A stretch of 64,000 bases of DNA from an uncultured Candidatus Saccharibacteria bacterium (GCA_964623775.1 CAZUVH010000002.1:110454-174453); one strand, 5' to 3'; positions 38,591-48,499 are shown, numbered from the stretch's first letter. Numbers and translations: made by a program. Notes: generated from the sequence alone by a model not told the origin.

Positions 38591-38681
38591 GGCGCCATAT
38601 TATCACCAAAAAGACTAGTTTACATATAGCGGACACAGGACATACTGCTTTCAGGGAATCAACCCTGTAGAGGAGAGTTCG

Positions 38682-39440
38682 ATGTCGAACACGACACTGC
38701 AACCGCCGCTCAAGTGGGACGCCCCCCTTGAAGCACACTCGCTTTGGTACAAGTACAAGACGGCCGTCTGGGGTCGCGAGACCCCGACTTCAGCGACCAT
38801 TCATAACACCATGCGGGTACTGAGAAGTATCCGTAATACTGGCCCGCTCGCGTACATCAGCGTTCCAATCACATCGGGCCAAAAATACTACGAACTGAAG
38901 CAGGTGGATCCCAACATGGATCCGAAGGAATTCATGACCGCCGTTATGCGCGCCAATTATCATATTGGCTGGGAACAGGTCGAAAAGGTGCAGGAGCGAA
39001 GGAAATGTAGCGTGCTCTACCCCGCCGATCTCATCCCCGCTCGTCAGAAATGGCAGCAGGAGGAATTCCAAGCGCTCTGGCTCAACATAATCGCGGAGAT
39101 GTGCACTGAAGTACACATGTGCCGCGGATGGAATCTGAGCAACGGTGGCATCGAAGAGCTTATTCACTCATTCCAACTTCAACTCGGTGTCCCCAAGACA
39201 ACGGCGAACTGTATTTTCTTCAATACAAAAGGTAACGAGTCGCAGGAGCGTGATCGAATGCGACGTATTGCAATCTTCGATCATGAAGGTCGGCCCGTCA
39301 CCATGGATAATGCGGCGCGAGAGATCGAAAAAGCCATCAACTGGCTTCGTAACAATCACTTTCCGACCGAACATCATACCAATTGTCTTGCGATCCTTTT
39401 GTGGACGCAGGATATGGTCAAAAAAGGATTCTATCAGTAA
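38682..39440 (+). CDS. hypothetical protein
   Basis: 252 aa; no secure family match (a YISVPITSG motif is loosely reminiscent of nucleoside 2-deoxyribosyltransferase-like folds). Confidence 0.45.
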   Translation: MSNTTLQPPLKWDAPLEAHSLWYKYKTAVWGRETPTSATIHNTMRVLRSIRNTGPLAYISVPITSGQKYYELKQVDPNMDPKEFMTAVMRANYHIGWEQVEKVQERRKCSVLYPADLIPARQKWQQEEFQALWLNIIAEMCTEVHMCRGWNLSNGGIEELIHSFQLQLGVPKTTANCIFFNTKGNESQERDRMRRIAIFDHEGRPVTMDNAAREIEKAINWLRNNHFPTEHHTNCLAILLWTQDMVKKGFYQ

Positions 39441-39450
39441 GCATCACAAA

Positions 39451-39480
39451 GCCCCGGACAAAAGTCCGGGGATTTTTTTA
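39451..39480 (+). terminator. intrinsic terminator (ccccggac-aaaa-gtccgggg + T7)
   Basis: Perfect 8-bp stem followed by gattttttt. Confidence 0.65.
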
Positions 39481-39672
39481 TACGGTGCCGCCTTCATCAT
39501 GCAACAGCAATGGGATGTCACAGGATCAGTGTGTTTTTGAGCATCATGATTTTTTAATGATTCAGCTCCACTTCACCGCCGTTTGTATATTGTCCCGCTC
39601 AATAGGTCGATAACAAATGATTATCAATCCCTCTTTATAAGCATATATAAAGCGTAATTCTTAAATAAATCC

Positions 39673-40743
39673 ATGAACACACTTAGAAAACTTGCATCGC
39701 TCTCTACTATCGGGGGCATGCTCTTGATCGGATCTCCGGCACTCGCGGATTCGACATACACGGTTACAAATGCAAATTCTGCCACTGTAACGAATTCGAT
39801 TTCTCTCTCAGCCAACACGGGCGGTAATTCTTCGATCGGCGGCGACGCCGGATACGGAGGCGGGGGCGGCTCTGTCACGACGTCTACTACTGACGACGAC
39901 ATGGCTGCTGCGGGCGGAAACGGGGGCAATGGAGGCAATGGAGGCGACGGCGGCTCTATCGAGACCGGCAGCGCCAACATCGAACTCGCATTGGTCAACG
40001 ACGTCAACAGCACTGAAACAACCATTGAAGACAACAGTGCAGAAGATCAGTACGACGTAACGCTCGACTACACACGCGAGACCGGCTCGTCTTCAAGCGA
40101 AGAGGGCGTCTCGATGACTCACGACGATGAGCAGAGCAGCTCATCCAACTCGGAAGAGCAGCAAAGCTCGTCATCTGATTCGGAATCGAGCTCGTTCAAC
40201 CAGCAATCAGCAAGCTTCGGCGAAGCATCTGCCGAGGATGGCGATTCGGGCGACAGCTCATGGAGCCAGTCGGTCGAAGACTTCGAAGAGACTTCTGCAA
40301 GCAACGAGAACCACGAGCAGCAGCAAAGCTCGAGCGCGAGCAACGATCAGCAAAGCTCGGAAGAGCATTCGTCTCTCGATGCGTGGGACAACGATGAGGA
40401 GGAGCATGACAACGTCAGTCTCCACTACACGAGGACCTACGCTGGCGGCAACACGACCGTAGCGGTGGTCAACGCAAGCTCGAACGCAGTCGTCAACGCA
40501 GCATCGATCGAGGCAGAGACGGGCAGCAACCACTCCGGCGGCGGAGCGGGCAATAACGGCGGCGAAGGCGGCGACGTCACCATGGCGATCTCCGGCTACA
40601 GCAACAACTCCGGCACCGGAGGCAATGGAGGCGACGGTGGCGAAGGTGGTATGGGCGGCGACGTCATGACGGGTTCTTCGAACCTCTCTGGCGGCATCGT
40701 CAATGTTGTCGGACGCGTGATTACACGCATCATCCGCAACTAG
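39673..40743 (+). CDS. secreted acidic low-complexity protein (Ser/Asp/Glu/Gln-rich core between Gly-Asn-rich repeat ends)
   Basis: Signal peptide (LLIGSPALA); N- and C-terminal segments are repeats of each other and of the N-terminal region of the next gene; central SSSSEE/QQSSS acidic stretch. Confidence 0.6.
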   Translation: MNTLRKLASLSTIGGMLLIGSPALADSTYTVTNANSATVTNSISLSANTGGNSSIGGDAGYGGGGGSVTTSTTDDDMAAAGGNGGNGGNGGDGGSIETGSANIELALVNDVNSTETTIEDNSAEDQYDVTLDYTRETGSSSSEEGVSMTHDDEQSSSSNSEEQQSSSSDSESSSFNQQSASFGEASAEDGDSGDSSWSQSVEDFEETSASNENHEQQQSSSASNDQQSSEEHSSLDAWDNDEEEHDNVSLHYTRTYAGGNTTVAVVNASSNAVVNAASIEAETGSNHSGGGAGNNGGEGGDVTMAISGYSNNSGTGGNGGDGGEGGMGGDVMTGSSNLSGGIVNVVGRVITRIIRN

Positions 40744-40878
40744 TTTTGTTCTTTGCTCGCGGCGTTCCTACAAACGCACGGGCTTCGAAAACAGGGATCC
40801 ATCCTGTTTTCGAACGAGCCCTCCCAAGCTGAGGTTTCGTCCGAAAACGGGATTGCTTAGAAGCTAATAAAGAAACGT

Positions 40879-43563
40879 ATGTCATCACAAACGTACAAAG
40901 CAGTGACTTCCTTAATCCTCCTCGCGAGCCTCTGGTCGCAGCTCGTTGTATTCCCTTTCGTGTATGCCGACGAAGTGCCTGTCGATACTCCCCAATCGAC
41001 AACTGCCCCTGAGGAGCCCGCATCTCCCTCCGTCACCTCAGAAAGCGGGGGTGAATCGTCGGAGAGTGCGACAAATACGCAAACGCATGAAGAGCAATCA
41101 TCCTCGAGCTCAGAGGCCAGCGAGTCCAACACTTCATCGTCACACTCCGTAGAAGCAACCATTTCGGAAAGTGAGGAGCACGACAACACAGATGTCCACG
41201 CGACCATTACTGGTGCGCTCGACATGGGAGAAACGGGATCTTCCACCGGGACTTTGGTAGACGACTTCCTTTCGGATATTCCTCTGTCGTCATCGACCGT
41301 TATGGAATCAATTTCGGACATCGCGAGCACGACTGTAAACGGTTTTCTCGGACTTGATTTTGTTTCCGGCTCGAGCTCGGCGACGACCTCGGGAGAGACC
41401 GAAAACGCATCTTCGACCTCGGGGACAGGTTCTGGATCTGGTAATCCTCCGGCGAGCTGCCCGGCATCGAGTGGCCCCTCCACGTCGACGAGCACGACTC
41501 CACAGATCTCAAATCCGACCATCCGCTCAGGTTCTGCGACCGTCCTCGCCAACGTCCTCAACCTCCTCAACACGACCTTTATCAATTCACCTGGCGGCAT
41601 TCTCTTTTCCAACTTTACCGACACCGCACCGACCATCGATTTGCGCGACGCATCGCTCCTCACCAGCTGCGATGAATCTATCTGCAACGGACAAGAGGGA
41701 TTGGAGGTCAATATCGTGGGAGACGCAACGATCGACAATGATCTCATACTCGACGCATCGAGCGGTCGCAATCTTGTCTCGGAGGGAGGCGCGGCGACGA
41801 GCAGCATCGAGACGGGCGACGCGATCGCGGGCTTGAATCTCGTCAACATAGCCAATACGACCTTCATTAATTCGCAGTACCTGATCGTCACACTGAACGC
41901 ATTCAGCGGGGTAAATGGCGACATCGTGTTTCCGAGTCTTCTCAATTTCTTTGCCTCAGGCGGCGACTCGTCACTCGCGAGCGGGTCAACGATCTCGAAT
42001 GCCGCGACGGTCCACAATGACGTCGCCGCTGCAGCCGACTCCGGGAGCAACACGACAGACGGCAGTGATATGTCGGTCATCTCGACCGGCACAGCCGATG
42101 CGCACACCAACGTCTTCAACCAAATCAATTCCATCCTGCCCGATAGTCAGATCTCAATCCTTTTCAGAATTTCAGGCACATGGAATGGCCAGATATTCGG
42201 CATGCCTTCCAACGTCTCCCAAGTACGCGGACCAGATGGGAGCGTCTATATCTTCGGCAATCCTGAAGAACAGGGGCACATCGACACACCCACTCCCCTT
42301 TTGAACAGCACGACGACAGCAGAGATCAACAACAACGTACTTCTTGACGCGCTCTCCGGCCAAAACGCGATCGAGAACGCCTCAACATCAGTGATTTCCA
42401 CAGGCAACGCAATCGCTTCGGCAAATATCGTCAACATCGCGAATCAAAACGTAATCGGTCGCAATTGGATTCTCGCCATCATCGACATTTTTGGCGATTT
42501 CACCGGCAATATCGCATTCGGCCGCCCTGATCTATGGGTCGGCGATCAAGTGGAGGCACCCGGTTTCGTACAAAACGGCAGCACGCTTACCTACAAAATC
42601 ACCGTCATCAACAACGGCGACTCTCCTGCAAACAACGTCATCGTGAGAGAATCCCCCGCACTTTCTCATCTCGATATTCTCGGCATGTCTCTCCCACAAG
42701 ATCCCTGTGTCACCGACGGAATCGCCTGGAATCTCGGGACACTGCTACCAGGAAATGCGGTCGAAATTACCTATACGGCAAAGGTAAAAAATACATCTCC
42801 AGGCGACCGTATCACCAACTCAACGACGGCGGCAGCGACGGAAACTGACAATAATACGGAAGACAATACCGATGGGACGACTGTGACCGCCACGGTGGTC
42901 GTGAGCGGTGGAGGTGGTGGCGGAGGTTCATGCTGCACCAACGCAGGCTCCGCATCATCAGGAGGCGGTATAATCTCGACCTCGACGCTCATGGTGGAGC
43001 GCCTTACAGCCAACATGACGCTTGAGGGGACGACGACAGCCTCGCAGCGCATTGTCGTCAAAAACACATCAAACTCCCCGATCAACAATGTTGTTTTCCA
43101 CGATTACCTACGTGATCCAACCACTCATCTCGTCCACGAGGAGCGATGGAATCTCGACACAATCGCGGCACACGAGGAAGTTACGATCCAGTATTCAATC
43201 GTGTTTGAGCCGGGGGCGATGAGCGGCACATATCGATTGAGTACGGTACTTGAAGGCAAAAATTACCCGACGACAATAGCGGGTAACGGAACCATAGTAC
43301 TCAAGGCGACACCGCAATTGCTCGCCGTCAGCGCAACGGAGATCCCGAGCGTGCGCGTCATTAATAGAGGCGCCGTACAAGACGGACCTATCCTCGTGAA
43401 AGCCACGAGCACGCTCCCGAAAATACCTCAGACTGCCGCCGTCGCCGCAGCGGATTCAGGAATAAGTATGAAATTCGTATATCTCATACTCTTCCTCCTG
43501 CTCTTTGCGGCAAGTTATGGAGCGTTGCGCGTACTCAATCCGGAGAAGGAGTCGGGCCGATAA
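40879..43563 (+). CDS. large secreted surface protein with DUF11 repeats and a C-terminal membrane anchor
   Basis: Signal peptide, acidic Ser-rich region, three copies of sTGnAiA.aNivNiaNt.fI motif, two DUF11-like repeats (LTYKITVINNGDSPANNVIV...), C-terminal IPQTA + hydrophobic helix + charged tail. Confidence 0.7.
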   Translation: MSSQTYKAVTSLILLASLWSQLVVFPFVYADEVPVDTPQSTTAPEEPASPSVTSESGGESSESATNTQTHEEQSSSSSEASESNTSSSHSVEATISESEEHDNTDVHATITGALDMGETGSSTGTLVDDFLSDIPLSSSTVMESISDIASTTVNGFLGLDFVSGSSSATTSGETENASSTSGTGSGSGNPPASCPASSGPSTSTSTTPQISNPTIRSGSATVLANVLNLLNTTFINSPGGILFSNFTDTAPTIDLRDASLLTSCDESICNGQEGLEVNIVGDATIDNDLILDASSGRNLVSEGGAATSSIETGDAIAGLNLVNIANTTFINSQYLIVTLNAFSGVNGDIVFPSLLNFFASGGDSSLASGSTISNAATVHNDVAAAADSGSNTTDGSDMSVISTGTADAHTNVFNQINSILPDSQISILFRISGTWNGQIFGMPSNVSQVRGPDGSVYIFGNPEEQGHIDTPTPLLNSTTTAEINNNVLLDALSGQNAIENASTSVISTGNAIASANIVNIANQNVIGRNWILAIIDIFGDFTGNIAFGRPDLWVGDQVEAPGFVQNGSTLTYKITVINNGDSPANNVIVRESPALSHLDILGMSLPQDPCVTDGIAWNLGTLLPGNAVEITYTAKVKNTSPGDRITNSTTAAATETDNNTEDNTDGTTVTATVVVSGGGGGGGSCCTNAGSASSGGGIISTSTLMVERLTANMTLEGTTTASQRIVVKNTSNSPINNVVFHDYLRDPTTHLVHEERWNLDTIAAHEEVTIQYSIVFEPGAMSGTYRLSTVLEGKNYPTTIAGNGTIVLKATPQLLAVSATEIPSVRVINRGAVQDGPILVKATSTLPKIPQTAAVAAADSGISMKFVYLILFLLLFAASYGALRVLNPEKESGR

Positions 43564-43573
43564 TCATCGGAGT

Positions 43574-44212
43574 CTATCGCGTCTTAAGGACGCCTGAGAC
43601 GACTTGAAATGATTTTTGTCGCTGCACCGTCGGCTTGGCACTCGTCGGCTCACCGGGATTGCGATCAAGATATACCATGGAAATATCGCCTGTGCCGATT
43701 CCGACATTGATCGGTTCGATGTTCTCGCCGATCAAGATAGCATTGGTGATGCGATATCCGTTGTTGTTCTTGATTGCAGCGACGAGATAAAAGAATGGGC
43801 TACTTTCGGGAGTCTGTTTGATGACGAGCGCAACGTCGTAAATCTTATCGTTATTTAGATCTCCGGTAGCCTCAAATGCAGGCAATATCTCGGTCTTGCC
43901 GCTTGCAGACTTACCCGTAGTGAGTGAGACCGAATTTCCTCCGAGTACGTATGTCGCATTCCTGTAATCCTTGAAGGTCGTCCCCGTGGCAGGCTTGGGG
44001 GCGGGTGGAGGCGGAGGAGTCGTCTTTTGTACCGTCGGCTGCGCCTTTGGCGTGGCGCTGTTGAGGTCATTCAATATCACCTGAGGATCTGTGTCACTAC
44101 TTTGCTGCGCATTCTCAGGCGCTTTTGTGCTACCGACCCACATAATGCCCAATACAACGACGACTGCGGCGATACCGATCTCAATTGTCCTGCGATTAAT
44201 GGTGATTTGCAT
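43574..44212 (-). CDS. membrane-anchored hypothetical protein with Pro-rich linker
   Basis: N-terminal TM, TTPPPPPAPKPATG linker, then soluble domain. Confidence 0.45.
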   Translation of the reverse strand: MQITINRRTIEIGIAAVVVVLGIMWVGSTKAPENAQQSSDTDPQVILNDLNSATPKAQPTVQKTTPPPPPAPKPATGTTFKDYRNATYVLGGNSVSLTTGKSASGKTEILPAFEATGDLNNDKIYDVALVIKQTPESSPFFYLVAAIKNNNGYRITNAILIGENIEPINVGIGTGDISMVYLDRNPGEPTSAKPTVQRQKSFQVVSGVLKTR

Positions 44213-44412
44213 ATACTTTCATAGTACCTAAGTTCATGAAGTTGACTATACACCTCGGTGGAAAATGAAGATGTGTATAGACAGACTCGCGAATGTAAAT
44301 ACGATGAAAGAGCATGTGGAAGTTTGTGTGCGTTGTGCTCGCCCCGTCAGTAGAAAATAGCATTGCGAAGCGAGTCGTTGCAGGTGGGTCCGACATCTAC
44401 ATCAAGTAGCAA

Positions 44413-45150
44413 ATGTTTGATTCATCTTCAAAATCTAAAGGCTTCGCAAAAGCAACGATGCTATTTTTCACTGTGGGGCTCGTCGGGATCTCGCTTGCAA
44501 TCGTGATCCCAGGAGTTATCGGGGGCGAAACTCTTCGCAGTAGTGCGGAGGCGTCCTCCCCCGTCCCCCGGTCGGTTTTTGCCGACAACTATATCTCGGT
44601 CTCGTCACCCGACGAACCCTTGCCGCCGAATACGGCGAACGACACAAATCCTGAAAGTGAGGTGGCGTCAGTACCCCTGGACCTCACCCTCGCCAAAATG
44701 CCTGTACGCGAGGACTCATATCCGATGCGCGTCATTATTCCTTCAATTAATCTCAACGACCCGATCGAGCCGATGGGTTTAAACAACCTAGGCGAGCTCG
44801 ATGTACCGGATGGCAAGACAAGTAACATCGGCTGGTGGAAAGATGGCCCCGTCCCTGGAGAAATCGGTAGTGCCGTTTTCGACGCGCACGTCTATGCCGC
44901 TTTTAAAAATCTAAAATACGTAAAGGTGGGCGACGATATACACGTACAGACTGCGGATGGAAGAACATTGCAATTTGTCGTGACAGATACCCGCGTATTC
45001 TCACTTGCCGAGATCACAAGTGAAATCCTCTTTGGCGATCACGGGGAAAGACGACTCAACCTCGTCACGTGCGCGGGCACATTCATGCGCGATCGCGGCA
45101 CGTACGATCACCGTCTCGTGGTCTTTGCAAAGCTCGTCAGTGACGAGTAG
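44413..45150 (+). CDS. sortase family transpeptidase
   Basis: N-terminal TM anchor, catalytic TLxTC signature (RLNLVTCAG) and conserved His (DAHVY). Confidence 0.8.
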   Translation: MFDSSSKSKGFAKATMLFFTVGLVGISLAIVIPGVIGGETLRSSAEASSPVPRSVFADNYISVSSPDEPLPPNTANDTNPESEVASVPLDLTLAKMPVREDSYPMRVIIPSINLNDPIEPMGLNNLGELDVPDGKTSNIGWWKDGPVPGEIGSAVFDAHVYAAFKNLKYVKVGDDIHVQTADGRTLQFVVTDTRVFSLAEITSEILFGDHGERRLNLVTCAGTFMRDRGTYDHRLVVFAKLVSDE

Positions 45151-45543
45151 TTATTTTGCCGGCTCCTCAAACTGCGCGCTGATTTTCTTAAGGACGTTTT
45201 CCATCGTGGTGTCACCTTTAACGATATAGTGGAACGTATTTTGGCGCATGGCTTCGTCGATACTCTCGACATCAGAGACATTCGTCAGGATCATCACCTT
45301 CACATTGGCGCCCCAGGAGTCTTTGCGCAGTTCAGCGATCATATCGAGACCGGACATCTCGGGCATGCGCAAATCGGCGAGGATGAGATCAGGGTGTTCG
45401 GCAAGCGCCATGCGCAAACCGTCTTTGCCATTGGTGGCTTTTGAGATGATATATCCTTCGTGTGCAAGCTTGTCGCCAAGTGCGAGCGCGGTCGGTAACT
45501 CGTCTTCAACGATAAGTATTTTTTTCTTTGAATTGGTATCCAT
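45151..45543 (-). CDS. response regulator, stand-alone receiver domain
   Basis: CheY-like fold: KKILIVEDE, DLILADLRMP, K in MILT..K region. Confidence 0.85.
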   Translation of the reverse strand: MDTNSKKKILIVEDELPTALALGDKLAHEGYIISKATNGKDGLRMALAEHPDLILADLRMPEMSGLDMIAELRKDSWGANVKVMILTNVSDVESIDEAMRQNTFHYIVKGDTTMENVLKKISAQFEEPAK

Positions 45544-45592
45544 GTACGCGAAAAGTAATAAATTATTAAAAATCGTCTATCAACTATACCAC

Positions 45593-46909
45593 CTAGCCCG
45601 ACTTCGCCCACGCATTGGGGAGCGTCACGTAGAAGGTCGTCCCCTTACCCTCCGTCGATTCGAAACTAATGCCTCCGTGCACTTTCTCGATGATCGTCTT
45701 GATGACATAGAGCCCGAGGCCCGTGCCATCGACGACTGTCTTTTGTGCGTTGTCTGCGCGATAGAGCTTCTCGAAAATATGCTCACGTGCCGCTTTTGGA
45801 ATACCGATACCGGAGTCGGCGACGCGGATGAAGGTCTTGCCGTCGTCGCGGCCGTGGGATATCTCGAGCTCGACCGCACCGCCAGGAAGCGTGTATTTGA
45901 TCGCGTTGGTGAGGAGATTTTGGAAAATCATGCGCAGCAGATTTTTGTCGACCCTGACGCGCGGCAATCCGGCTTCGTACGTCTCTTTGATGGTGATGTT
46001 GCGTTCACGCGCAGAGTGACGCAGGCCGTCCACCATGCCTTTCCCGAATTCGATAATATCGAGATCCTCTGGCCGTACATCGAGCACATTGAGTTCGATG
46101 CGGGAAACGTTCAAAAGATCGTTTACGATCGCGATCATTTGCCTATTAGTCTCGTGGATACTGTTGACGTAGGTCTGTTGCTCTGGAGTAAGTGTGCCCT
46201 TGTCTCCCGAGAGTAGACCCTCGGCAAGCCACCCCACCGCAGTGAGCGGCGTCTTCAATTGGTGCGATGCGAGCGAGACGAATTCGGTCTTCGCACGATC
46301 GACTTCCATCTCCTTGGTGACGTCGTGCGCGATGCCTTGGATTTTTTGGGGCTTCTTGTCCGGCCCGAGTACCGTCGCGCCCTGGATGCGCAGATAACGT
46401 ACCTGACCAGAAGGAAGAGTCACGCGAAACGCGGGTATAGAGAAATCACCCGGCTGCGTCTGTGCCTTCTGCCAAAATTCGGTCACCATCGACCGGTCCT
46501 TTTCGTGCGTCATCGCGATAACCCTTTCGATCGTTGGTGCGTTTTGTTTGGGCACCAATCCGAAAAGGATGAACATCTCTTCAGACCAAAAGGAAAATCC
46601 GTTTTGAAAATCCCAGGTGAAGCTCCCGAATTGGCCGAATTTTTCGGCCTCGTTCAGCTTTGCAGTCACGGTATTGAAGCCTGTCATCAAACGATCGAAG
46701 CGACGTGTGGCACGCCAGCTTCCTGTCAGAAAGAATAGAAATGCAACAATCGCCAGAAGTCCACTAACGAGGAGTATGAAGTGTGGATCTACTTTCAATG
46801 CGTATACGATGTTTTGCACGAGCGTGCCGATATTCATGTACATATATTGTAACAGGGGCAAGCCGCATGAAAAGAAAACCCCGACAATAGTCGGGGTTTG
46901 ATACTTCAA
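45593..46909 (-). CDS. sensor histidine kinase with PAS domain
   Basis: N-terminal TM, PAS-like region, H-box (SHQLKTPLTAV), N-box (NLLTNAIKYT), G1 (DSGIGIP), G2 (GTGLGL). Confidence 0.85.
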   Translation of the reverse strand: MKYQTPTIVGVFFSCGLPLLQYMYMNIGTLVQNIVYALKVDPHFILLVSGLLAIVAFLFFLTGSWRATRRFDRLMTGFNTVTAKLNEAEKFGQFGSFTWDFQNGFSFWSEEMFILFGLVPKQNAPTIERVIAMTHEKDRSMVTEFWQKAQTQPGDFSIPAFRVTLPSGQVRYLRIQGATVLGPDKKPQKIQGIAHDVTKEMEVDRAKTEFVSLASHQLKTPLTAVGWLAEGLLSGDKGTLTPEQQTYVNSIHETNRQMIAIVNDLLNVSRIELNVLDVRPEDLDIIEFGKGMVDGLRHSARERNITIKETYEAGLPRVRVDKNLLRMIFQNLLTNAIKYTLPGGAVELEISHGRDDGKTFIRVADSGIGIPKAAREHIFEKLYRADNAQKTVVDGTGLGLYVIKTIIEKVHGGISFESTEGKGTTFYVTLPNAWAKSG

Positions 46910-47985
46910 AGAAACTTTTCTGGTTCTACGTAGGGCAAACCGAATGCATCGGCTACTCCACGATGGGTCACGTGTCCGTCGCAGATATTGAGACCTTTTC
47001 TCAGTGCCTCATCATCGATAAGAGCCCAATCACACCCCTTGTCCGCGATCGCGGTGATGTACGGAAGCGTCGCGTTCGTGAGCGCGCGCGTCGATGTACG
47101 CGGCACAGCGCCGGGCATATTTGTCACGCCATAGTGAATGATGCCATCCACCTCGTATACGGGATTTTCATGCGTCGTCGGACGAATGGTCTCGACGCAC
47201 CCGCCCTGATCGATCGCGATATCGACGATCACCGAACCTTTGCGCATGAGACCGAGGTCTCGTTTGCGAATGATTTTTGGCGCTTTCGCGCCCGGGACGA
47301 GCACGGCACCGATCAAGAGATCGGCATGAGCGATGTGTTCGAGAATCGTCTCACGAGTCGAGGGAACTGCGTTGAACCCCATATTCTTGATGTAACCAAG
47401 ACGAGAGGGCGATGTATCGAGGACGGTCACGTTGGCTCCGAGCTGCGCAGCAGCAGTCGCGGCACTTATGCCTGCAGTACCACCGCCAATAATGACGACT
47501 GATGCCTGCGGAACGTCCAGCATCCTGTTCAAAAGCAGATCGAGGTAATGAGCACCCTCGCGGATGGCAACATAACCCGCAACTTGCGACATCGGTGTGA
47601 GGAGCGGCAGCTCACCGCTTGCGAGCTGAACTGTTTCGTACGCAATGCATGTGGCGTCAGATTTGAGCATTGCTTCGGTCAGGGCGTAATCGGCTGCAAG
47701 ATGGAAATAGGTGAAGATCACCTGACGCTTTTGTATCCGACGCCACTCTTCATGGAGAGGTTCTTTAACCTTCACAATGAGTTCTGATTCCGCCCATACG
47801 TGCTGCGATGCACATGCATGAGCACCGGCATGGTCGTAGTCGGTATTTGAAAAGCCGCTTCCTTCTCCCGCTTCATACGCCACGAACACCTCGTGTCCTC
47901 TCGATACAAGTGCCGATGCGCCCGCAGGAGTAAGGGCGACGCGACGTTCGGAATTCTTGATTTCCTTGGGTACGCCTATGCGCAT
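46906..47985 (-). CDS. ald: alanine dehydrogenase
   Basis: MRIGVPKEIKNSERRVALTP N-terminus and GGGTAG Rossmann motif. Confidence 0.9.
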   Translation of the reverse strand: MRIGVPKEIKNSERRVALTPAGASALVSRGHEVFVAYEAGEGSGFSNTDYDHAGAHACASQHVWAESELIVKVKEPLHEEWRRIQKRQVIFTYFHLAADYALTEAMLKSDATCIAYETVQLASGELPLLTPMSQVAGYVAIREGAHYLDLLLNRMLDVPQASVVIIGGGTAGISAATAAAQLGANVTVLDTSPSRLGYIKNMGFNAVPSTRETILEHIAHADLLIGAVLVPGAKAPKIIRKRDLGLMRKGSVIVDIAIDQGGCVETIRPTTHENPVYEVDGIIHYGVTNMPGAVPRTSTRALTNATLPYITAIADKGCDWALIDDEALRKGLNICDGHVTHRGVADAFGLPYVEPEKFL

Positions 47986-48054
47986 TTTTCTATCCCTTCG
48001 TATTTCGATGAACTTTCTGTCGACACAATGTGTCTAACGGGACACTAAGTCAAG

Positions 48055-48090
48055 ACATAAAAAAACAGCGCGGCCTTCGGCCGCGCTGTG
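48055..48090 (-). terminator. intrinsic terminator (cagcgcggcc-ttcg-ggccgcgctg) of gene 48101..48499
   Basis: 10-bp GC-rich stem followed on minus strand by T7. Confidence 0.6.
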
Positions 48091-48100
48091 TATTGATACA

Positions 48101-48499
48101 TTATGCAGCGTTCGCCGCATTCAGGTATGGTGCGAGCTGAGAGGAATTAATGACTTTCCTGCCAAGGAGCCCGCTCACGAGGCTGTGCAGCTCCGCATGC
48201 ACGCGTGCCACATCCTCCAAGCCAAGCCCGCCTGTATTTGAGTACAAGAGTGTCCCCCCAGTTCTCTCAAAATATTCGAGCCGATATCTTCCGTTAAGCG
48301 AAGACAGTATCCAATCACCCCTTTGACCGGGAATCATGTGTGAATGATAGTCCGTATCCTTGAAGATTCTCCGCTTGATCGCGAGACCGAGCACGATATC
48401 GGCGATCACTTTTATTTCTCGCTTCTTCCGATTGAACTCTTCGGATCCACGGATGAGCGTGGTGACGATGTCGGCGTTGCAACTTAGTTCCATTCCCAT
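48101..48499 (-). CDS. hypothetical protein
   Basis: 132 aa, no recognisable domain. Confidence 0.4.
   Translation of the reverse strand: MGMELSCNADIVTTLIRGSEEFNRKKREIKVIADIVLGLAIKRRIFKDTDYHSHMIPGQRGDWILSSLNGRYRLEYFERTGGTLLYSNTGGLGLEDVARVHAELHSLVSGLLGRKVINSSQLAPYLNAANAA

Noticed and set aside
39609-39625. Fur-box-like sequence GATAACAAATGATTATC upstream of the acidic secreted-protein gene
   Set aside because: Only the terminal GATAA/TTATC pentamers are symmetric; the match to the 19-bp Fur consensus is about 10/19. It differs from the clear TGCAAG-N3-CTTGCA operators of the Fur-family regulator encoded in this window, so it is too weak to call.
39800-40700. Short GGC/GGA/AAT-rich nucleotide repeats that could be mistaken for a repeat array or CRISPR
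   Set aside because: They are in-frame codon repeats (GGNGGNGGDGG) inside a continuous ORF with a signal peptide. There are no regularly spaced direct repeats with unique spacers and no cas genes.
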